From the NCBI GenBank assembly GCA_039096225.1, contig JBBPEB010000033.1, forward strand, positions 1,116,001 to 1,180,000: a stretch of DNA of 64,000 bases, read 5' to 3'. A model generated the notes under the pieces. That model had not been told where the DNA came from. It was given only the letters and a program-made list of their open reading frames with translations, and ran no database searches. The stretch's first letter is position 1. Every line of letters begins with the position of its first letter. The translations under genes and the position numbers were made by a program. Source of the stretch: Blastocystis sp. Blastoise (lineage: Eukaryota > Protista > Bigyra: Opalinata). Of this stretch, positions 59,847 to 64,000 are shown in pieces.

Positions 59847-61242
59847 AATTATAATTTTATTCAGATGAAAATTAGATATCGAGAAATCTAACAACAAGAG
59901 TTAATAGTTAAAAGATTGATTTACAAACTGTTTTGACAGATTAATGACGCGTATACAAAAAAGTTGCTCGTTAAAATTAGTGAGTTTAGACGTAACTTCC
60001 AGAAGAAACAATTTTATTGTCCATTCAAAATTATCTTTAATTTTCAAATAGAAATACTATGATTCTTATAAGTTTTTATGAATCACTATACGAAAAACGA
60101 AGTATTTTTATTGGTTTTTGACTATTGGTATTTTTTGGTAATGTGGAGAAAAGAAGTGGCTGATTCTGATTGGACAATTTCGACAAAAAGTCAATGAGAA
60201 CCACTCAATTTTATCGTCGTCATTCAGAGTCCCTGAACAATAAAAGAATTCTTAGTTTATATTTTTAAACCCTTTTTTTTGTGTATTTCCTGAGAATTAA
60301 TGTTTTAACTGATTTATTTCTATGAATAAAGACATAAATCATCCTAAAAAACATATTTTTTGATAATTCTTTTCTTGATATATGCTAAAAAAATATGCAT
60401 AAATACATTGTCTTATGATACTACTGAGAAGCAAATGAAAATGGAAGAGTAGATTCTTTTACGAATTTGATTGGCTAATAAATGGAGAATTCTGGAGAAA
60501 AACCGAGATTGATTGGTTAATTCGTTAGTCATGAACGACTTGGTGGTGATTGTTTTAAAATCAATGTGAAAATATTCTTTTAAAAATCAAATCTCTGTTT
60601 CAGGAAAAAAGTTCAGTTGTTTTTTTTTGGTGGTTTCTAAGGTTTAAGTATTAACTGAATAACCAAACAATTTGTAGTAACAGCATCATTGATATATCGT
60701 TTCATTGATGTAGGATATAGAAGAAAACGAAAAACTTTTCAATTCAAGGAATTGACTGGTTGTTTAGAAAGAACAATTATGTTGCGTGTTTAAATGATAG
60801 GGAGAATTCATGAGTATACGATATTATTTTAAGCAATATACGGATGTTTTTGATTATAGTGGATGATCAATGTTTGTGTATTGTATAGAAAGTATAATAG
60901 TTAATGTAAGGAATGTGTACTTGTCACTATAGTGATTGTTCTATAGACTTATTAGTATGTTTCTATGAAAATGCGACAATAAAATTGGTTTTAAAATGAT
61001 TATGATTTATATATATGGTTTATTATATTACTTAGAGACTACAGTAGTTAAGTGTTTATAGTAATGTAGATAATACTCTTTTATTTTAAACTTAATAAAA
61101 AATATTAGTGTGTGAAAAAATTTCATGAGAATAATTGTACAACAACACAACAAAAAATAAATAAAAGCTCATTCACTATAATACGCAATACGATTTGATA
61201 TAAAAGTACATATAAGAAAGAAAGGAAATAAAAATAAAATGT

Positions 61243-63308
61243 TTAATTTTTCTTTTCCTTTAAACGTTGGTCACGGTTTTCTTGCATTTGTTGAGGGAGA
61301 GGTCTATAAGATAAGTTATTAGTAAGTTATATAAATAGTGAATAATATTTGATAAGTTAATAAAAATAGAATATGAATAAGAATATTAAAAATAAATATA
61401 ATATGAATATATAGAATAAAAGAAATCACTTATAATAAATTCATAAATATAATATATACCTAACAAAAGGTAAGAAAGTGATTCCCATCATAAAGGGTTG
61501 AAGAGGTTCAGGAATATTAATACCTTCAGGAGTTTGATAGTTTTCAAGAATACAGCATAAAGTTCTAGTTAAAGCACAAAGAGTACTATTAAGCATATGT
61601 ACATATTTCTTATCTTCATTTTGTTTCTTATTACGACCACAACGAATCTCCATAGCTCTTGATTGATAATCAGTACAATTAGAACAAGATACTAATTCTC
61701 TATATGTATCATAACCAGGGAACCATCCCTATATTATTTGAAATTATATTATTATATATAGGCATATTTTATATAATATAATAAACATAATAAAACATAT
61801 AATAATATTAATAATAATAAAACATAATAATAATAATAAAATAAAAACTATAATAATAAAACTACATACTTCAAGATCATATTTCTTAGCAGCAGCATTA
61901 TTTAATTCACCAGAAACAATATTAACGACTCTATAAGGAAGACTTAAAGATTCATAGAATTCTCTACAGTTCTTAATTAAATATTCTTGCATTTCTTGAG
62001 ATTCTTCAGGTTTCGTAATAGCGAATTGTTCTACTTTATCAAATTGATGTACTCTGAAAATACCCCAAGTATCTTTACCATGAGCACCAGCTTCTTTACG
62101 GAAATTGGTAGAGAAACCAGTATATTTAAGAGGTAAATCTTTTTCATCTAACCATTCACCCATGTGATAACCACAAATAGGTTGTTCAGAAGTAGCAATT
62201 AAATACTTTTCATCTCCATCTTCACCTTGAACATGATATAATTCTTCATCAAATTGAGCTAACTCGGCAACACCCGCCATAACATCTTTATTCATAAAAT
62301 AAGGAGTTTGAAGAGTAGTATAACCTCTCTTAGCATTCCATTGAAGAGCATACATAATAATAGCTTGATTCAATAATACAGCATTACCCTTAAGGAAATA
62401 AGCTCTATGACCAGCTACTTTATTACCTCTTTCAGGCTCGTAACCATCAATCATCCATAATAACTATATATAGGGGATTCATTTATATTTATTAGTATAA
62501 AAATTATATATATGTTAATAAATAGTTGATGATAATAATGATAATAATAAAATATATAATAATAATAATAATAATAAAATATATAATGATAATAATAAAA
62601 TATATAATAATAAGAATAATAATAATAATAATACTATATACTTCATGATGAGAGAACATCTTTCCATCAGTATTTACACGAGGTTCACCCCATTTCCAAG
62701 CAACTACATTAAAAGCCTATTTAATAATAAGAATAAGAATATAATAAGAATATAATAAAATATATTATAATAAAATATATTATAATAAAATATATAATAA
62801 ACATATAAATACTTCATCTTTATTAACGGGAACTGAAGGATCTAAAATGTTACCGATTTGATTTAAAGTAGAATCTCTTTTCTTTTGGACTTCAGCAGCT
62901 TTCTTTTGATTCTCTTCAATCTTATTCGATAACTCTTTAACTTGAGCGGTTAATTCATCAGCATTCTTTCCTTCTTTTCTTCTCTTACCAATCTAAAGAA
63001 TAAAAGATAATGAACTCATTTAACCTAAAAAAATATATACTTCAGTAGAAAGTTTTCTCTTTTCAGCAAGCATATTATCACCATTCTTCATCAATACAAC
63101 TAATTCCTATATATATTAAATAAAAATTATAGAAACAAGAAAGAAAAAAGGGGAAAAAAATCATATATAGATAAACAATAAATACTTGATCTAAAGCAAT
63201 GGTATCATCAACAAGTTGAACATTAGCAAATCTCTTTCTTTGAGATTCTCTTACAAGTTCAGCATTACCACCTTTATAATCACGAAGAAGATTAATATCT
63301 ATCGGCAT
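61243..63308 (-). CDS. SARS1: Seryl-tRNA synthetase, cytosolic, 7 exons
   Basis: LIATSEQP, FRKEAG, GIFRVHQFDKVEQF, KKYDLEGWFP, ELVSCSNCTDYQSR, VHMLNSTL. Confidence 0.97.
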
Positions 63309-64000
63309 TCTACTCTACAAGTTGTTTTGCAACAACAAACAATAATTATAATTCTTTTTTAAATTAATTAAATATGTCAAAAAACAAATAATCATTCTTT
63401 AGCCATAACTGAATGAACCGTTTACTGATGAACCAATTATCAAATAGAATGAAAGAAAGAATTTTTTCGATCAATCTTCTTTCGCGGGGATTTCTATTTT
63501 TTCTCTTGAAATAGATAAATATCTGGAATTAAGAGACTATTTAATAAACACCATATTTATTTTGTGTGTCATTCACCTCCAATTCATTTGCTTATTTTAT
63601 TGTGACAAACTCTTGTTCATATACTTTTTTTTAAAGTCATTTTCATTTAGGTAGAGGCACCTATTTTTTAAAAAGAATCCATTTAGATGGCATTCCTATC
63701 ATTGTAGAAAGGATGAACTCCAGAATTTGTCGTTAATGATGATGAGTTCATTTCAGAAAAACAAACAATAATAATGGTGATAAGTGCTTTATATACTTTT
63801 AGAATTGTCGTAAAAGTATGGTGCCAACTGTTGTAAGTAGTTTTCTGAAACATTTAGGAGTAAATAAAATAAATTTAAAAAAAGTAATCATGATAAGAAA
63901 AAAAAATGCTCAAAAGTGATGTCCAGCTATTTGTAGGAGTATATATGTTATATATATAATTAATAGAAAATAAACTCATCAAGGATCCATCACACGTAAC

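Noticed and set aside
63680-64000. Possible last exon of a - strand gene cut by the window edge
   Set aside because: Frame and product cannot be established

Overview
Very AT-rich, gene-dense, intron-rich eukaryotic nuclear DNA using the standard genetic code. A PSTALRE-type CDK and the gene content suggest a stramenopile protist, possibly Blastocystis-like; this is inference only. I traced about 28 protein-coding genes by hand through roughly 125 introns: ArfGAP, TFIIS-N protein, Pop5, a WD40-like protein, tetraspanin, DUF1749 hydrolase, a FtsX-like permease of about 24 exons, PAP2-like protein, LCMT1, 2 GSTs, intronless Hsp101/ClpB with a long heat-shock element, NSRP1, CCDC137-like, WRAP73, a C2H2 factor, 3 GILTs, PDI, an F-box protein, CDK, 2 DHHC palmitoyltransferases, Myb and SerRS. 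There is also one tRNA-Gly(GCC). Most short ORFs in the supplied track are intronic (TA)n/(TAA)n artefacts. Main highlights: (1) three AT-AC U12-type (minor spliceosome) introns with matching donors and branch points, two of them consecutive, which is a high density; (2) two, possibly three, introns with non-GT donors that copy the start of the next exon; (3) an unidentified GC-rich structured RNA of about 165 nt upstream of Hsp101; (4) a recurrent ATAACCGCGGGAAT motif in both orientations within the permease gene; (5) 5'-biased intron difference plus apparent gene conversion between the tandem GSTs. All gene models are manual and unverified by transcript data.
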